Shown in pieces: positions 1 through 11,074 of a DNA stretch of 64,000 nt; the stretch's first letter is position 1, and the number at the start of each line of letters is the position of its first letter. The notes under the pieces were generated by a model. The model saw only the letters and a list, made by a program, of their open reading frames with translations. It had not been told where the DNA came from and ran no database searches. The stretch is from an uncultured Actinomycetota bacterium (GTDB lineage Bacteria; Actinomycetota; Actinomycetes; S36-B12; UBA10799). The DNA is taken from assembly GCA_963732355.1 (NCBI GenBank), contig CAVSZD010000003.1, positions 9,020 through 73,019 of the forward strand, given 5' to 3'. The translations under genes were made by a program, and so were the position numbers.

Positions 1-2
1 TC

Positions 3-353
3 ATGTTGGCCTTGGAGGTAGTGCTGGCCGGCAGCGACACGGCCGGGACCTTCGTTTTCGACGAGGTCGACGCTGGGGTCGGGGGAGCGGCGGCAACCGC
101 AATCGGGCGGCGGCTGGCAGCGCTTGCCGAGCACGCCCAAGTCATCGTCGTCACCCATATGCCACAGGTCGCCGCCTTCGCTGACACCCACCTGCGGGTG
201 CTCAAACAGCAGGACCGAGGTGTGACGACCTCAGATGTGCGCGAGCTGGACGCCGATGAACGGGTCGTGGAGATCGCCCGGATGCTGGCCGGGCAGGAGG
301 ACTCCGAGCACGCCCGCGAGCACGCGCGGGAACTGCTGGCGATGCGGAGGTAG
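3..353 (+). CDS. recN: DNA repair protein RecN, C-terminal fragment (5' end lies outside the window)
   Basis: Translation carries the SMC-type Walker-B/D-loop tail (FVFDEVDAGVGG...VIVVTHMPQVAAFAD...IARMLAG). It is followed by pyrG, as in other actinobacteria. Confidence 0.85.
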   Translation: MLALEVVLAGSDTAGTFVFDEVDAGVGGAAATAIGRRLAALAEHAQVIVVTHMPQVAAFADTHLRVLKQQDRGVTTSDVRELDADERVVEIARMLAGQEDSEHAREHARELLAMRR

Positions 354-372
354 TGCATTCCTGACGGCCGGT

Positions 373-476
373 GGGAGGCGCGAGCCGGGGGAGGCGCGAG
401 CCGGTCGGAAGGCGCGAGCCGGTCGGAAGGCGCGAGCCGGTCGGAAGGCGCGAGCCGGTCGGAAGGCGCGAGACCT
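373..476. repeat. Tandem array L, 18-bp unit TCGGAAGGCGCGAGCCGG
   Basis: Four full units plus one truncated unit, preceded by two 16-17 bp variants GGGAGGCGCGAGCCGG. The array ends directly at palindrome A1. Confidence 0.9.
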
Positions 477-548
477 CCTGGTTAGAGGTTGTGCTGTTGG
501 TTAGCAAAAACACGCGTGGATTCTCTAACCAACAGCACAACCTCTAAC
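477..548. repeat. Palindromic element, family A, copy A1
   Basis: CCTGGTTAGAGGTTGTGCTGTTGGTTAGC, a loop around ACGCGT, then CTAACCAACAGCACAACCTCTAAC. Near-identical copies lie at 5115, 29455 and 38966. Confidence 0.9.
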
Positions 549-661
549 GCGGGCGGTTTGGGTAACGCGGGCGGTTTGGGTAACGCGGGCGGTTTGGGTA
601 ACGCGGGCGGTTTGGGTACGCGGGCGGTTTGGGTAACGCGGGCGGTTTGGGTACGCGGGCC
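549..661. repeat. Tandem array R, 17/18-bp unit CGCGGGCGGTTTGGGTA(A)
   Basis: About 6.4 contiguous units starting at the right end of A1. It is unrelated in sequence to array L. Confidence 0.9.
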
Positions 662-736
662 TACCACGTGGATCCGCAAGACCCAACCTTGAGTGTCGTG
701 CGGCAGATCCGGCAACAGCCGGTAGTCTGGTGCCCC

Positions 737-2369
<1,633 letters not shown>

Positions 2370-2377
<8 letters not shown>

Positions 2378-3041
2378 GATCTGGCATGGACCGGTCGCCG
2401 ATACATATGAGTCCCACGAGGTCGTAGGGGTCTCCCAACGATTCCACGGCGCGGTCTGGGACGTGCGCTCCGACGTCGTCATCGTGGGCGGCCAGACCGT
2501 CACCAGGGACTTGGTCGTTCATCCGGGTGCGGTGGGTGTCATCGCGCTCGACGACCAGGAGAGGCTGTTGCTCATCCGGCAGTACCGCCACCCTGTGGGT
2601 GCCTACCTCTTCGAACCGCCAGCCGGCTTGTTGGACACCGCGGTGGAATCCGCGTGGGAGTGCGCGGTGCGCGAACTGGCCGAGGAGGCTGGTCTGCGCG
2701 CTTCCGAGTGGCACGTGCTCGTCGACTTTCTCAATTCGCCGGGTGGAACGAGTGAGACCTTCCGGTGTTTTCTCGCCAAGGGTCTGCAAAGCATTCCCGG
2801 CGGCCGACACCACACCGGCGAGGCAGAGGAGGCCCATCTGCCGCAGGCGTGGGTCTCCATTGACGAGGCCGTAGGGCTCGTGCTCGCGGGCAAGATTCAG
2901 AACCCGACCGCGACCAATGGCATCCTCGCGGTGGCCGCTGCGAGGGCCCGCGGGTGGGTCGATCTTCGGCCTGCTGAGGCACCCTGGCCTGTGAGAGACT
3001 GGGTCGAATCTTTGGGGAACGTGCGCACGCCGCCGGCGTAG
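2370..3041 (+). CDS. NUDIX hydrolase (ADP-ribose pyrophosphatase-like)
   Basis: Nudix box [24 protein letters not shown]. It overlaps the pyrG stop by 8 nt. Confidence 0.8.
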
Positions 3042-3072
3042 GCGCGACGTTGCCGGAAAGACCGGGCTGTGT

Positions 3073-4188
3073 ATGCGTATCGGTGTTCCGACTGAGGTCA
3101 AGCAGCAGGAGTACCGCGTTGCGATGACTCCCGCGGGGGTGCAGGAACTGGTTCGGCACGGCCACACGGTGTTAGTGCAATCCGGCGCCGGGGATGGCTC
3201 GTCGCTTCCGGATGAGGAGTTCCTCAGTGCCGGTGCCACGATCCTGGCTACCGCCGATGAGGTCTGGGGGCAGGCTGAGCTCGTCGTCAAGGTCAAGGAA
3301 CCCCTTCCCAGCGAGTACAGGTTGCTGCGTGAGGACCTGCTGCTGTTCACGTACCTGCACTTGGCCGCCTCGCGTGAGTGCACCGAAGCACTGGTCAACA
3401 GCCGCACCACCTCAATCGCCTACGAAACGGTCGAGTTGCCTGACCGTACGTTGCCGCTGCTTGCCCCCATGTCCGAGGTGGCCGGTCGACTGGCTCCGCA
3501 GGTGGGTGCGCAGACATTGTTGAAGGCGCACGGCGGGCGGGGGGTTTTGCTTGGAGGTACGCCGGGAGTCCACGCGGGCAAAGTGGTGGTCATCGGCGCG
3601 GGAGTGGCAGGCAAGAACGCCGCAGCCATCGCGCTGGGAATGCAGGCGGAGGTGCTGTTGCTGGACACCGACATTGCGAAGTTGCGCGAGGCCGACGTTG
3701 TGTATCAGGGGCACATGCAGACCGTGGCCTCGAACAATTACGAGATCGAACGGTGCGTGAGTGACGCAGATCTGGTTATCGGCGCGGTACTTGTTCATGG
3801 GGCCAAGGCGCCGCGGTTGGTCAGCAACGAACTCGTGTCGAAGATGAAACCCGGCTCGGTGCTGGTGGACATCTCCATCGACCAGGGTGGCTGCTTCGAG
3901 GACTCCCGGCCCACCACGCATGCCGACCCGACCTACCCGGTGCACAACTCGCTGTTCTACTGCGTGGCGAACATGCCTGGGGCGGTGCCGCACACTTCCA
4001 CTTGGGCTCTCACGAACGTCACGTTGCCTTACCTTCTCGAACTGGCCGATCACGGGTGGAAGCATGCGTGCAGGCGGGACCATGCGCTGGCCCTGGGGTT
4101 GAACACCCACGCCGGGAACATCACGTACAAGGCGGTGGGTGACGCTTTTGATATGCCCAGCGTGTCGCTGGACTCCGTGCTGGCCTGA
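3073..4188 (+). CDS. ald: Alanine dehydrogenase
   Basis: MRIGVPTEVKQQEYRVAMTP N-terminus and the NAD-binding motif VVVIGAGVAGKNAA. Full length, 371 aa. Confidence 0.92.
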   Translation: MRIGVPTEVKQQEYRVAMTPAGVQELVRHGHTVLVQSGAGDGSSLPDEEFLSAGATILATADEVWGQAELVVKVKEPLPSEYRLLREDLLLFTYLHLAASRECTEALVNSRTTSIAYETVELPDRTLPLLAPMSEVAGRLAPQVGAQTLLKAHGGRGVLLGGTPGVHAGKVVVIGAGVAGKNAAAIALGMQAEVLLLDTDIAKLREADVVYQGHMQTVASNNYEIERCVSDADLVIGAVLVHGAKAPRLVSNELVSKMKPGSVLVDISIDQGGCFEDSRPTTHADPTYPVHNSLFYCVANMPGAVPHTSTWALTNVTLPYLLELADHGWKHACRRDHALALGLNTHAGNITYKAVGDAFDMPSVSLDSVLA

Positions 4189-4191
4189 ACC

Positions 4192-5109
4192 GTGGCCGTG
4201 CCGGTGGCAGCGGGGGTCGACTCCTACCTGCAGCATGTAGCTGTGGAAAAGGGGTTGAGCCTGAACACGGTGTCGGCCTATCGGCGCGACCTTGCCCGCT
4301 TTGGGGAGTGGTTGACGGCCAACGGAATCGACGACCTCGCGGCAGTGACTCCTGCGCAGTTGGGTGACTTCATCGCCCACGCCTCGCGTGATCAGCACCT
4401 GGGCGCATCATCGGTGCGGCGCACGGTGAGCAGCGTGACAGGGCTGTTCAGGTACCTGGGCGGCGAGGGCCTGCTCGTGGTTGATCCCACCGACGACGTG
4501 GCTGTCCCGACCGTGCCGATGCGACTGCCGAAAGCGTTGTCGGTTGAGGACACGTTGGCCCTTGTGGAGGCCTGTGACCCATCGACTGTTCCCGGTTTGC
4601 GCGACCGTGCGCTCATCGAGTTCTTGTACAGCTGCGGGGCGCGCATCAGCGAGGCGGTCACGATGACCGGGGACGCGCTGGACTTCGAGGACAGGTCCGT
4701 TCTCCTGCGCGGCAAGGGCGGCAAGCAGCGCCGCATTCCGCTGGGTTCCTATGCGATCGCTGCGCTTGAGGCGTATTTGGTGAGGTCGCGCCCAGCGCTG
4801 GCCGGGGCGCGCAAGTCCGGCAGCCCCGCGCGCGAGGTGTTCCTGAACGCTCGCGGTGGGGCTCTGTCCCGGCAGAGCGCGTGGGCGATCATCGCCGGCG
4901 CGGCCCAGCGGGCAGGCGTGCCCGACGTCTCACCGCACACGCTGCGCCATTCCTTCGCCACCCATCTACTCGAGGGGGGTGCGGACGTGCGGGTGGTGCA
5001 GGAGTTGCTGGGCCATGCCTCGGTGACGACGACCCAGATCTACACGATGGTCACGATCGACCGGTTGCGTGAGGTTTACGCCGAATCCCACCCCCGGGCG
5101 CTTCGCTAG
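4192..5109 (+). CDS. xerD: Site-specific tyrosine recombinase XerD
   Basis: Phage-integrase SAM-like N-terminal domain, catalytic RHSFATHLL...LLGH...TTQIYT with the tyrosine, and a position upstream of scpAB. Confidence 0.85.
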   Translation: MAVPVAAGVDSYLQHVAVEKGLSLNTVSAYRRDLARFGEWLTANGIDDLAAVTPAQLGDFIAHASRDQHLGASSVRRTVSSVTGLFRYLGGEGLLVVDPTDDVAVPTVPMRLPKALSVEDTLALVEACDPSTVPGLRDRALIEFLYSCGARISEAVTMTGDALDFEDRSVLLRGKGGKQRRIPLGSYAIAALEAYLVRSRPALAGARKSGSPAREVFLNARGGALSRQSAWAIIAGAAQRAGVPDVSPHTLRHSFATHLLEGGADVRVVQELLGHASVTTTQIYTMVTIDRLREVYAESHPRALR

Positions 5110-5114
5110 ATCGT

Positions 5115-5190
5115 CCTGGTTAGAGGTTGTGCTCCTGGTTAGCGAATCCACGCGTTGTTTCGCTAACCAACGGCACAACCTCTAACCAGG
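5115..5190. repeat. Palindromic element, family A, copy A2 (inverted relative to A1/A3/A4)
   Basis: CCTGGTTAGAGGTTGTGCTCCTGGTTAGCGAATCCACGCGTTGTTTCGCTAACCAACGGCACAACCTCTAACCAGG. It starts 5 nt after the xerD stop. Confidence 0.9.
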
Positions 5191-5202
5191 GGATCAAGGG
5201 GC

Positions 5203-6027
5203 GTGTGGCTACCGGGCCCGAACCGCGGGTCGGGTTACCGTTGCCTGGTGACTGCGCTGGTGCACGAGGAGGAACCGATCGGTTTCGCCGTGCACCTCGA
5301 AGAGTTCTCCGGACCCTTCGACGCCCTGCTCGCGTTGATCTCCAAGCACAAGCTTGAGGTCACCGAACTCGCCTTGAGCCAGGTGACCGACGAGTTCTTG
5401 CAGTACATCCGCCAGCAGGGTCAGACCTGGGACCTCGACGAGGCCAGTAGTTTCCTGGTCGTGGCCGCCACCCTCTTGGATCTCAAGGTGGTCAAACTCC
5501 TGCCTGGCGCTGAGATCGAGGATGAAGAAGACCTGGCACTGCTTGAAGCTCGCGACCTGCTGTTCGCGCGGCTCATGCAGTACCGGGCGTACAAGGATGT
5601 GTCCGCGGTATTCGAGCAGATGATCGCCGATGCCCCGACCATGCTTCCCCGCACCGTCGGCCTCGACCCCGACCTGACGGGCCTACTGCCCGACGTGATT
5701 CTGGGACTCGGTCCAGACGCGTTCGCCGCGATGGGTGCGCTGGCCTTGACGCCCAAGCCCGTGCCCGAGGTCTCCATCGACCATGTGCACGCGCCTCAGG
5801 TCAGCGTGGCCGAGCAGAAGGAGATCCTGGCCGAGGTCCTAGCCAACACCGGACGGGCCACATTCCGCGACTTGATCGCCGATGCCGACAACCGCATGAT
5901 CGTGGTGGGCCGCTTCCTGGCTTTGCTCGAGTTGTTCCGCGACGGGACCGTGCGTTTCGAGCAGGAGAAGGCGCTGGCCGAGTTGACCATCGTTTGGGAG
6001 GACGACAGTGACCCATCGGGTGATTGA
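5203..6027 (+). CDS. scpA: Segregation and condensation protein A
   Basis: FSGPFDALLALISKHKLEVTELALSQVTDEFL motif. It overlaps scpB by 20 nt. The start is uncertain (GTG at 5203 or a downstream GTG). Confidence 0.85.
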   Translation: MWLPGPNRGSGYRCLVTALVHEEEPIGFAVHLEEFSGPFDALLALISKHKLEVTELALSQVTDEFLQYIRQQGQTWDLDEASSFLVVAATLLDLKVVKLLPGAEIEDEEDLALLEARDLLFARLMQYRAYKDVSAVFEQMIADAPTMLPRTVGLDPDLTGLLPDVILGLGPDAFAAMGALALTPKPVPEVSIDHVHAPQVSVAEQKEILAEVLANTGRATFRDLIADADNRMIVVGRFLALLELFRDGTVRFEQEKALAELTIVWEDDSDPSGD

Positions 6028-6640
6028 TCTGACGGACAGGCTGCCAGTCGCGGCCGAAGCCGTCGAAGAAGCGCCAAGCGAACTCGGTGCGCCCAGCCTG
6101 GCTGCGGCCGTTGAGGCTCTGCTGCTCATCGCCGACGAACCGATGTCCGCCGAGGACCTCGGGACGGTCCTGAACCGACCAACCGACGAGATCACCGAGA
6201 CGGTGGAAGCGCTGCTCAGCGACTACGCCACAAGTGGGCGCGGTTTCACCTTGCGACGCGAGTCATCGGGCTGGCGCTTCGTGACCTCCGCCGACTGCTC
6301 GGATCTGGTAAGCCGGTACGTCAAGGACGGGCAGTCGGCACGGTTGTCGCAGGCGGCGCTCGAGACGCTGGCCGTCGTGGCCTACCGGCAGCCGGTCTCG
6401 CGCGGGCGGGTCAGCGCGATCCGGGCGGTGAATGTTGACGGTGTCATGAAGACCCTGGTCACCCGTGGGCTCATCACTGAGGTCGGCCACGACGAGGAGT
6501 CGGGGGCGATCCTCTACGCCACCACCGAGTACTTCCTGCAGCGCCTCGGGATCGCGTCGTTGGACGAACTTCCGCCGGTCGCCGACTATCTGCCCGACCT
6601 CGCAGACCTCGACTCGCCGGAACTGACCGGGGATCTTTGA
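6008..6640 (+). CDS. scpB: Segregation and condensation protein B
   Basis: LSQAALETLAVVAYRQPVSRGRVSAIRAVNVDGVMKTLVTRGLI winged-helix motif typical of ScpB. Confidence 0.85.
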   Translation: MTHRVIDLTDRLPVAAEAVEEAPSELGAPSLAAAVEALLLIADEPMSAEDLGTVLNRPTDEITETVEALLSDYATSGRGFTLRRESSGWRFVTSADCSDLVSRYVKDGQSARLSQAALETLAVVAYRQPVSRGRVSAIRAVNVDGVMKTLVTRGLITEVGHDEESGAILYATTEYFLQRLGIASLDELPPVADYLPDLADLDSPELTGDL

Positions 6641-6644
6641 GCCC

Positions 6645-7367
6645 GTGGAGCCCCAGCGGTTGCAGAAGGTGCTCGCGGCCGCAGGGGTCGGCAGCCGGCG
6701 GGTGTGCGACGAACTGATCGCCCAGGGCCGGGTCACTGTCAACGGCGACGTCGCGATCCTCGGGGCGCGCGTCGACCCCCAGACCGCGGTGATCCACGTC
6801 GATGGCACCCGCATCCCGACCAGGGCCGAACATGTGGTGCTGGCACTGAACAAACCCCGTGGCGTCGCCTCTGCCATGAGCGACCCGAAGGGCCTTCCGT
6901 GTGTGGGCGACTACGTCTCGGACCGCGCCGAACGGGTCTTCCACGTTGGCCGGCTCGACGTCGACACTGAGGGCCTGCTGCTGCTGACAAACGACGGTGA
7001 CTTGGCCAACCGGATCGCCCATCCCTCCCACGGGGTGGCCAAGAAGTACGTGGCCACCGTCAGCGGGCGAGTCGACGCACGGGTGCGTACGCGGTTGCGC
7101 AAACCAGTGATGCTCGACGACGGCCCGGTCACCATCGACGCGTTCCGGATCGTGGACGTCAGCGATGAGCGCAGCGTCGTGGAGGTCACGCTGCATGAGG
7201 GCCGCAATCGCATCGTGCGCCGACTGTTCGAAGCCCTCGGCCATCCGGTCGCTCGCCTTGTCCGCGTCCAAGTCGGCCCTGTGCGGCTGGGCAGGTTGCC
7301 GGTCGGCGGAACCCGCGAGGTCACGGGCCAGGAACTGCAGCGTCTGTACACCGAAGTGGGCTTGTAG
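6645..7367 (+). CDS. rluB: rRNA pseudouridine synthase (RluB/RsuA family)
   Basis: An S4 domain (RLQKVLAAAGVGSRR) plus the catalytic motif HVGRLDVDTEGLLLLTNDG. Confidence 0.85.
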   Translation: MEPQRLQKVLAAAGVGSRRVCDELIAQGRVTVNGDVAILGARVDPQTAVIHVDGTRIPTRAEHVVLALNKPRGVASAMSDPKGLPCVGDYVSDRAERVFHVGRLDVDTEGLLLLTNDGDLANRIAHPSHGVAKKYVATVSGRVDARVRTRLRKPVMLDDGPVTIDAFRIVDVSDERSVVEVTLHEGRNRIVRRLFEALGHPVARLVRVQVGPVRLGRLPVGGTREVTGQELQRLYTEVGL

Positions 7368-7376
7368 GCTTCGTTT

Positions 7377-7742
7377 GTGGCAGTTCGAGCAGTGCGCGGG
7401 GCGACGCAGGTTTCCGTCGATGAACGCGAACCGATCATGGAGGCGGTCGGGGAACTCATCGGCGAGATGTTGAAGGTCAATGCCGTGAACCCCGAAGACG
7501 TCATCAGCGTGATCCTGACCTCCACGCCCGACCTGGTGTCCTGCTACCCCGCGACGGCCGCCCGGCTGGCGGGCCTGGGTGATGTGCCGCTGTTGTCTGC
7601 CACTGAGGTGGCTGTGCCCAACGCGATGCCGCGCGTGGTCCGGGTCATGGCGCACGTGGACTCCGACCTGGCGAGGGCCGCGGTCCAGCACGTCTACCTG
7701 CGCGGGACTGAGAGTCTGCGTCAGGCCACAGCCAATGAGTGA
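7377..7742 (+). CDS. aroH: Chorismate mutase, AroH type
   Basis: VRAVRGATQV...NPEDVISVILTSTPDL...VRVMAHV...HVYLRG aligns by eye along the full length of Bacillus AroH. Confidence 0.8.
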   Translation: MAVRAVRGATQVSVDEREPIMEAVGELIGEMLKVNAVNPEDVISVILTSTPDLVSCYPATAARLAGLGDVPLLSATEVAVPNAMPRVVRVMAHVDSDLARAAVQHVYLRGTESLRQATANE

Positions 7743-8787
7743 CGTCCTGATCAAGGGCGCTGGCCTTTTGGGAACGTCGTTAGGCCTCGGGCTCTCGCAG
7801 ACCGGCCTGAGCGTCACCCTGGAGGATCTCAACCCCGAGGCCGTTCGCACTGCCGTGTCAATGGGCGCCGGGATTGACCAGCCATGCGGATCGCCGGAGA
7901 TCGTCATTGTGGCGGTGCCGCCCGGCCAACTCGTCGACGAGGTGGCTGCCGCGCTTGTGCGCTTCCCGCAGGCCACCGTCACCGACGTGGGCAGTGTGAA
8001 GTCGGAGCCCATCGACGCCCTGCTGGCCGCTGGTGTGGACCTGTCGCGTTACGTCGGGGGACACCCCATGGCGGGCCGGGAGGTGTCGGGTGCGGCGGGT
8101 GGCCGCGGTGATCTGTTCGAGGACCGGCCGTGGATCCTGACCCCTATCCCGCAGACCGATCCCGTGCGTCTGGCCCGGGTTGGGGAGGTGGCGGAGAGCC
8201 TGCGTGCGGTTGTGCGGCTGATGGACCCGGAGGAGCACGACCGCGCCGTTGCGCTCTGTTCGCACGCGCCGCAGGTGGTGGCGTCGCTGCTGGCCGCCCA
8301 GTTGCTCGATGCCTCGGCAGCCGACGTCAGCGTGGCAGGTCCTGGGCTGCGCGACACCACTCGAATCGCCGCCAGCAACCCGGAGTTGTGGGGGCAGATC
8401 CTGCTCGCGAACGCCCAGCACGTAGAGACCCACATGACACAGTTCGCGGCCGACGTCGATGCGTTCAGCAAGGCGTTGGCCGGCCGCGATCTGCCACTCA
8501 TCAAGGAGTTGCTCGCCCGTGGGGTCGAAGGGCGTTCGAGACTGCCGGGCAAGCACGGTGGCGAAGCGGCCGACGCGGTCACGGTCTCCGTGGTCATTGA
8601 AGACGCCCCCGGGCAGCTCGCGGCCTTGTTCCAGCGGGCCGGCGAAGCCGAGGTCAACCTTGAGGATGTGCGCATCGAGCACACCCTGGGCCGGCTGCGC
8701 GCGATTGCGCACCTAGTTGTGCGGCCCGAGAGCGAGAGCCGGCTTCGCGATTCGTTGCTGGACGGCGGCTGGTCGCTTCGCGGGTGA
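7735..8787 (+). CDS. tyrA: Prephenate dehydrogenase
   Basis: In-frame ATG at 7735 (MSDVLIKGAGLLGTS Rossmann fold), GGHPMAGRE motif and an ACT-like C-terminus. The ORF-track start at 7579 is an upstream extension that overlaps aroH. Confidence 0.85.
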   Translation: MSDVLIKGAGLLGTSLGLGLSQTGLSVTLEDLNPEAVRTAVSMGAGIDQPCGSPEIVIVAVPPGQLVDEVAAALVRFPQATVTDVGSVKSEPIDALLAAGVDLSRYVGGHPMAGREVSGAAGGRGDLFEDRPWILTPIPQTDPVRLARVGEVAESLRAVVRLMDPEEHDRAVALCSHAPQVVASLLAAQLLDASAADVSVAGPGLRDTTRIAASNPELWGQILLANAQHVETHMTQFAADVDAFSKALAGRDLPLIKELLARGVEGRSRLPGKHGGEAADAVTVSVVIEDAPGQLAALFQRAGEAEVNLEDVRIEHTLGRLRAIAHLVVRPESESRLRDSLLDGGWSLRG

Positions 8788-8797
8788 GCCGGGTCGG

Positions 8798-8918
8798 CCG
8801 ATTGTTGCGTTGTTACGACCCCTTCGTTCCAAATGTTGTGACGTTGGCCGTGTGCGGGATCGATACCTGCAACAGCGCAACACTCGCGCGGGCGGGCTGG
8901 TAACAACGCAACAACCGG
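8798..8918. repeat. Bipartite hairpin element (type C, single copy in this window)
   Basis: Outer 19-bp inverted repeat CCGATTGTTGCGTTGTTAC / GTAACAACGCAACAACCGG with 1 mismatch. A second inner pairing is TGTTGTGACGTTG / CAACAGCGCAACA. It fills the tyrA-cmk spacer. Confidence 0.7.
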
Positions 8919-8949
8919 ACATCTGTGGGTGAACGGTAGGCTCGCACTC

Positions 8950-9615
8950 ATGTCCGCTGTCATCGTCGCCATCGACGGACCCTCCGGTTCCGGCAAGTCC
9001 AGCGTGAGCCGTGGTGTCGCGAATCGGCTGCGCTACGAGTACCTGGACACCGGTGCCATGTACCGGGCGCTGACCTGGTGGGCGCTGGACGAGAACCTCG
9101 CGCCGGAGCAGGTCGCCGACCGGCTCGACCAGTGCGCAATCATGAGTGGCACCGATCCCGAAGCTCCGTTCGTCACCGTGAACGCCATCGACGTCTCGGA
9201 GGCGATCCGCACGCCCGAGGTCACCGCCGCGGTGAGCGCCTACAGCGCGGTACCGCAGGTGCGCACGTTGCTTGTGGAGATGCAGCGGGAGTCCGCGAGA
9301 AACGCCGGGTCGGGTCTTGTCGCCGAAGGCCGCGACCTAGGGACCGTGGTCTTTCCAGACGCGACACTAAAGGTCTATCTGACGGCGGATGTCCAAGCCC
9401 GAGCTCAACGCCGAGCAGCCGAGAACGCCCAACGTGGACACGACGCCGATGTTGCCGATACCCATGAATCCCTGGCTGCGCGCGACGCTGCCGACAGCGG
9501 GCGTGCGGTTTCGCCTTTGCAGATGGCCGACGACGCCGTGCAGGTGGATGCGACGTTCATGACGCTGCCCGAGGTCATCGACCATGTGACGGCCCTGGTC
9601 CAGGAGCGCTTGTGA
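8950..9615 (+). CDS. cmk: Cytidylate kinase
   Basis: [22 protein letters not shown]-loop N-terminus. It overlaps der by 4 nt. Confidence 0.9.
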   Translation: MSAVIVAIDGPSGSGKSSVSRGVANRLRYEYLDTGAMYRALTWWALDENLAPEQVADRLDQCAIMSGTDPEAPFVTVNAIDVSEAIRTPEVTAAVSAYSAVPQVRTLLVEMQRESARNAGSGLVAEGRDLGTVVFPDATLKVYLTADVQARAQRRAAENAQRGHDADVADTHESLAARDAADSGRAVSPLQMADDAVQVDATFMTLPEVIDHVTALVQERL

Positions 9616-11066
9616 GCGAGCAGATGCCCGGCGACGAGGTCTACACCGACGACCTCGGCGACGACACCGACGTCGATGCCCTCGCGCAAGCCGCGGCCTC
9701 CGTGGCCGAGCAGGAGTTCGTCGGCGGTGACTACGAGTCTGACGAGTTCGAATGGTTGCCGGTCGTGGCGGTGATCGGGCGACCCAATGTCGGCAAGTCA
9801 ACGCTGGTCAACCGCATCCTGGGCCGGCGTGAGGCGGTGGTCCAGGATGTCCCCGGGGTGACTCGCGACCGAGTGCGCTACATCGCCGAATGGTCGGGCA
9901 CGCAGTTCCAGCTCGTGGACACCGGCGGCTGGGAGGCTGACGCAACCGGCATTCGCGCATCGATCGCGGCCCAGGCGCGGCAGGCTGTCGACGAGGCGGA
10001 CGTGGTGGTGTTCGTGGTCGACGCCATCGTGGGCGCGACCGATGCGGATGAGGACGTCGTCCCGATCCTGCGGGCCTCCGGCAAACCCGTGCTGCTGACC
10101 GCGAACAAGGTCGACGACGCAGCAACCGAGGCTGATGCTTCGGCGCTGTGGTCATTGGGGCTGGGGGAGCCGTACCCGGTCTCCGGCCTGCACGGCCGTG
10201 GTAGCGGTGACCTGCTTGATGAGATTGTCGCCCGACTGCCCGAGGAGGGTTCGGCGCAGGTGGCCCTCGAGGGCCCAAGGCGAGTGGCCATCGTGGGCCG
10301 ACCAAATGTGGGCAAGTCCTCGCTGCTCAACCGTTTGGCAGGTCACGAGCGGGCGGTGGTCGACAGCGTTGCGGGCACAACCGTGGACCCGGTCGACGAG
10401 GTCGTGACCCTGGGGGACGAGCAATGGTTGTTCGTCGATACCGCGGGAATCCGCCGCCGGGTGCGCGAGGCCAGCGGCCACGAGTACTACGCGTCATTGC
10501 GCACGCAGCGCGCGATTGAGCGGGCCGAGGTGGCGCTGGTTGTGATCGACGCCAGCGAGCCGATCTCAGAGCAGGACATACGCATCATCCAGTTGGTGGT
10601 GGACGCCGGTCGCGCGATGGTGATCGCGTTCTCAAAGTGGGACCTCATGGACGACGACCGCCGTCGGGAGTTGGCCCGAGAGATGGATCTGGACCTAGTG
10701 GGTGTGCCCTGGGTGAAGACCGTGAACATCTCGGGCAAGACGGGCCGCGGCGTGGAGAAGATCGCCAAGCACCTACGTATTGCGCTGGACTCCTGGCAGA
10801 CCCGGGTTCCGACTGGTCGGTTCAACAAGTTCCTGTCCGAGTTGGTGGCCGCGCACCCGCACCCGGTGCGGGGTGGCAAGCAGCCGCGGATCCTCTTCGG
10901 CACTCAGGCCTCGGTCGCCCCGCCGACGTTCGCCCTGTTCACCACGGGCTTCCTCGAGCACGGCTACCGAAGGTTCGTCGAGCGCCGGATCCGCGAGGAC
11001 TTCGGCTTCGAGGGCACGCCGATGCGGATCAACCTGCGGATTCGTGAGAAGCGCCGAAGGCGGTAG
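9612..11066 (+). CDS. der: Ribosome-biogenesis GTPase Der (EngA)
   Basis: Two tandem GTPase domains (GRPNVGKST and GRPNVGKSS, each with DTGG/DTAG) plus a KH-like C-terminus. Confidence 0.93.
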   Translation: MSEQMPGDEVYTDDLGDDTDVDALAQAAASVAEQEFVGGDYESDEFEWLPVVAVIGRPNVGKSTLVNRILGRREAVVQDVPGVTRDRVRYIAEWSGTQFQLVDTGGWEADATGIRASIAAQARQAVDEADVVVFVVDAIVGATDADEDVVPILRASGKPVLLTANKVDDAATEADASALWSLGLGEPYPVSGLHGRGSGDLLDEIVARLPEEGSAQVALEGPRRVAIVGRPNVGKSSLLNRLAGHERAVVDSVAGTTVDPVDEVVTLGDEQWLFVDTAGIRRRVREASGHEYYASLRTQRAIERAEVALVVIDASEPISEQDIRIIQLVVDAGRAMVIAFSKWDLMDDDRRRELAREMDLDLVGVPWVKTVNISGKTGRGVEKIAKHLRIALDSWQTRVPTGRFNKFLSELVAAHPHPVRGGKQPRILFGTQASVAPPTFALFTTGFLEHGYRRFVERRIREDFGFEGTPMRINLRIREKRRRR

Positions 11067-11074
11067 CGGGTCGT

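Noticed and set aside
373-661. A possible CRISPR array in the recN-pyrG spacer.
   Set aside because: The units are contiguous 17-18 bp tandem repeats with no spacers. Two different units flank a palindrome, and there are no cas genes in the window.
629-736. 5' extensions of real genes that start inside repeats (pyrG from 629, ABC-F from 19878, ORF 23620, OYE from 34219).
   Set aside because: The extensions are encoded by repeat elements and recur as near-identical peptides at unrelated loci. Downstream in-frame starts give canonical N-termini.
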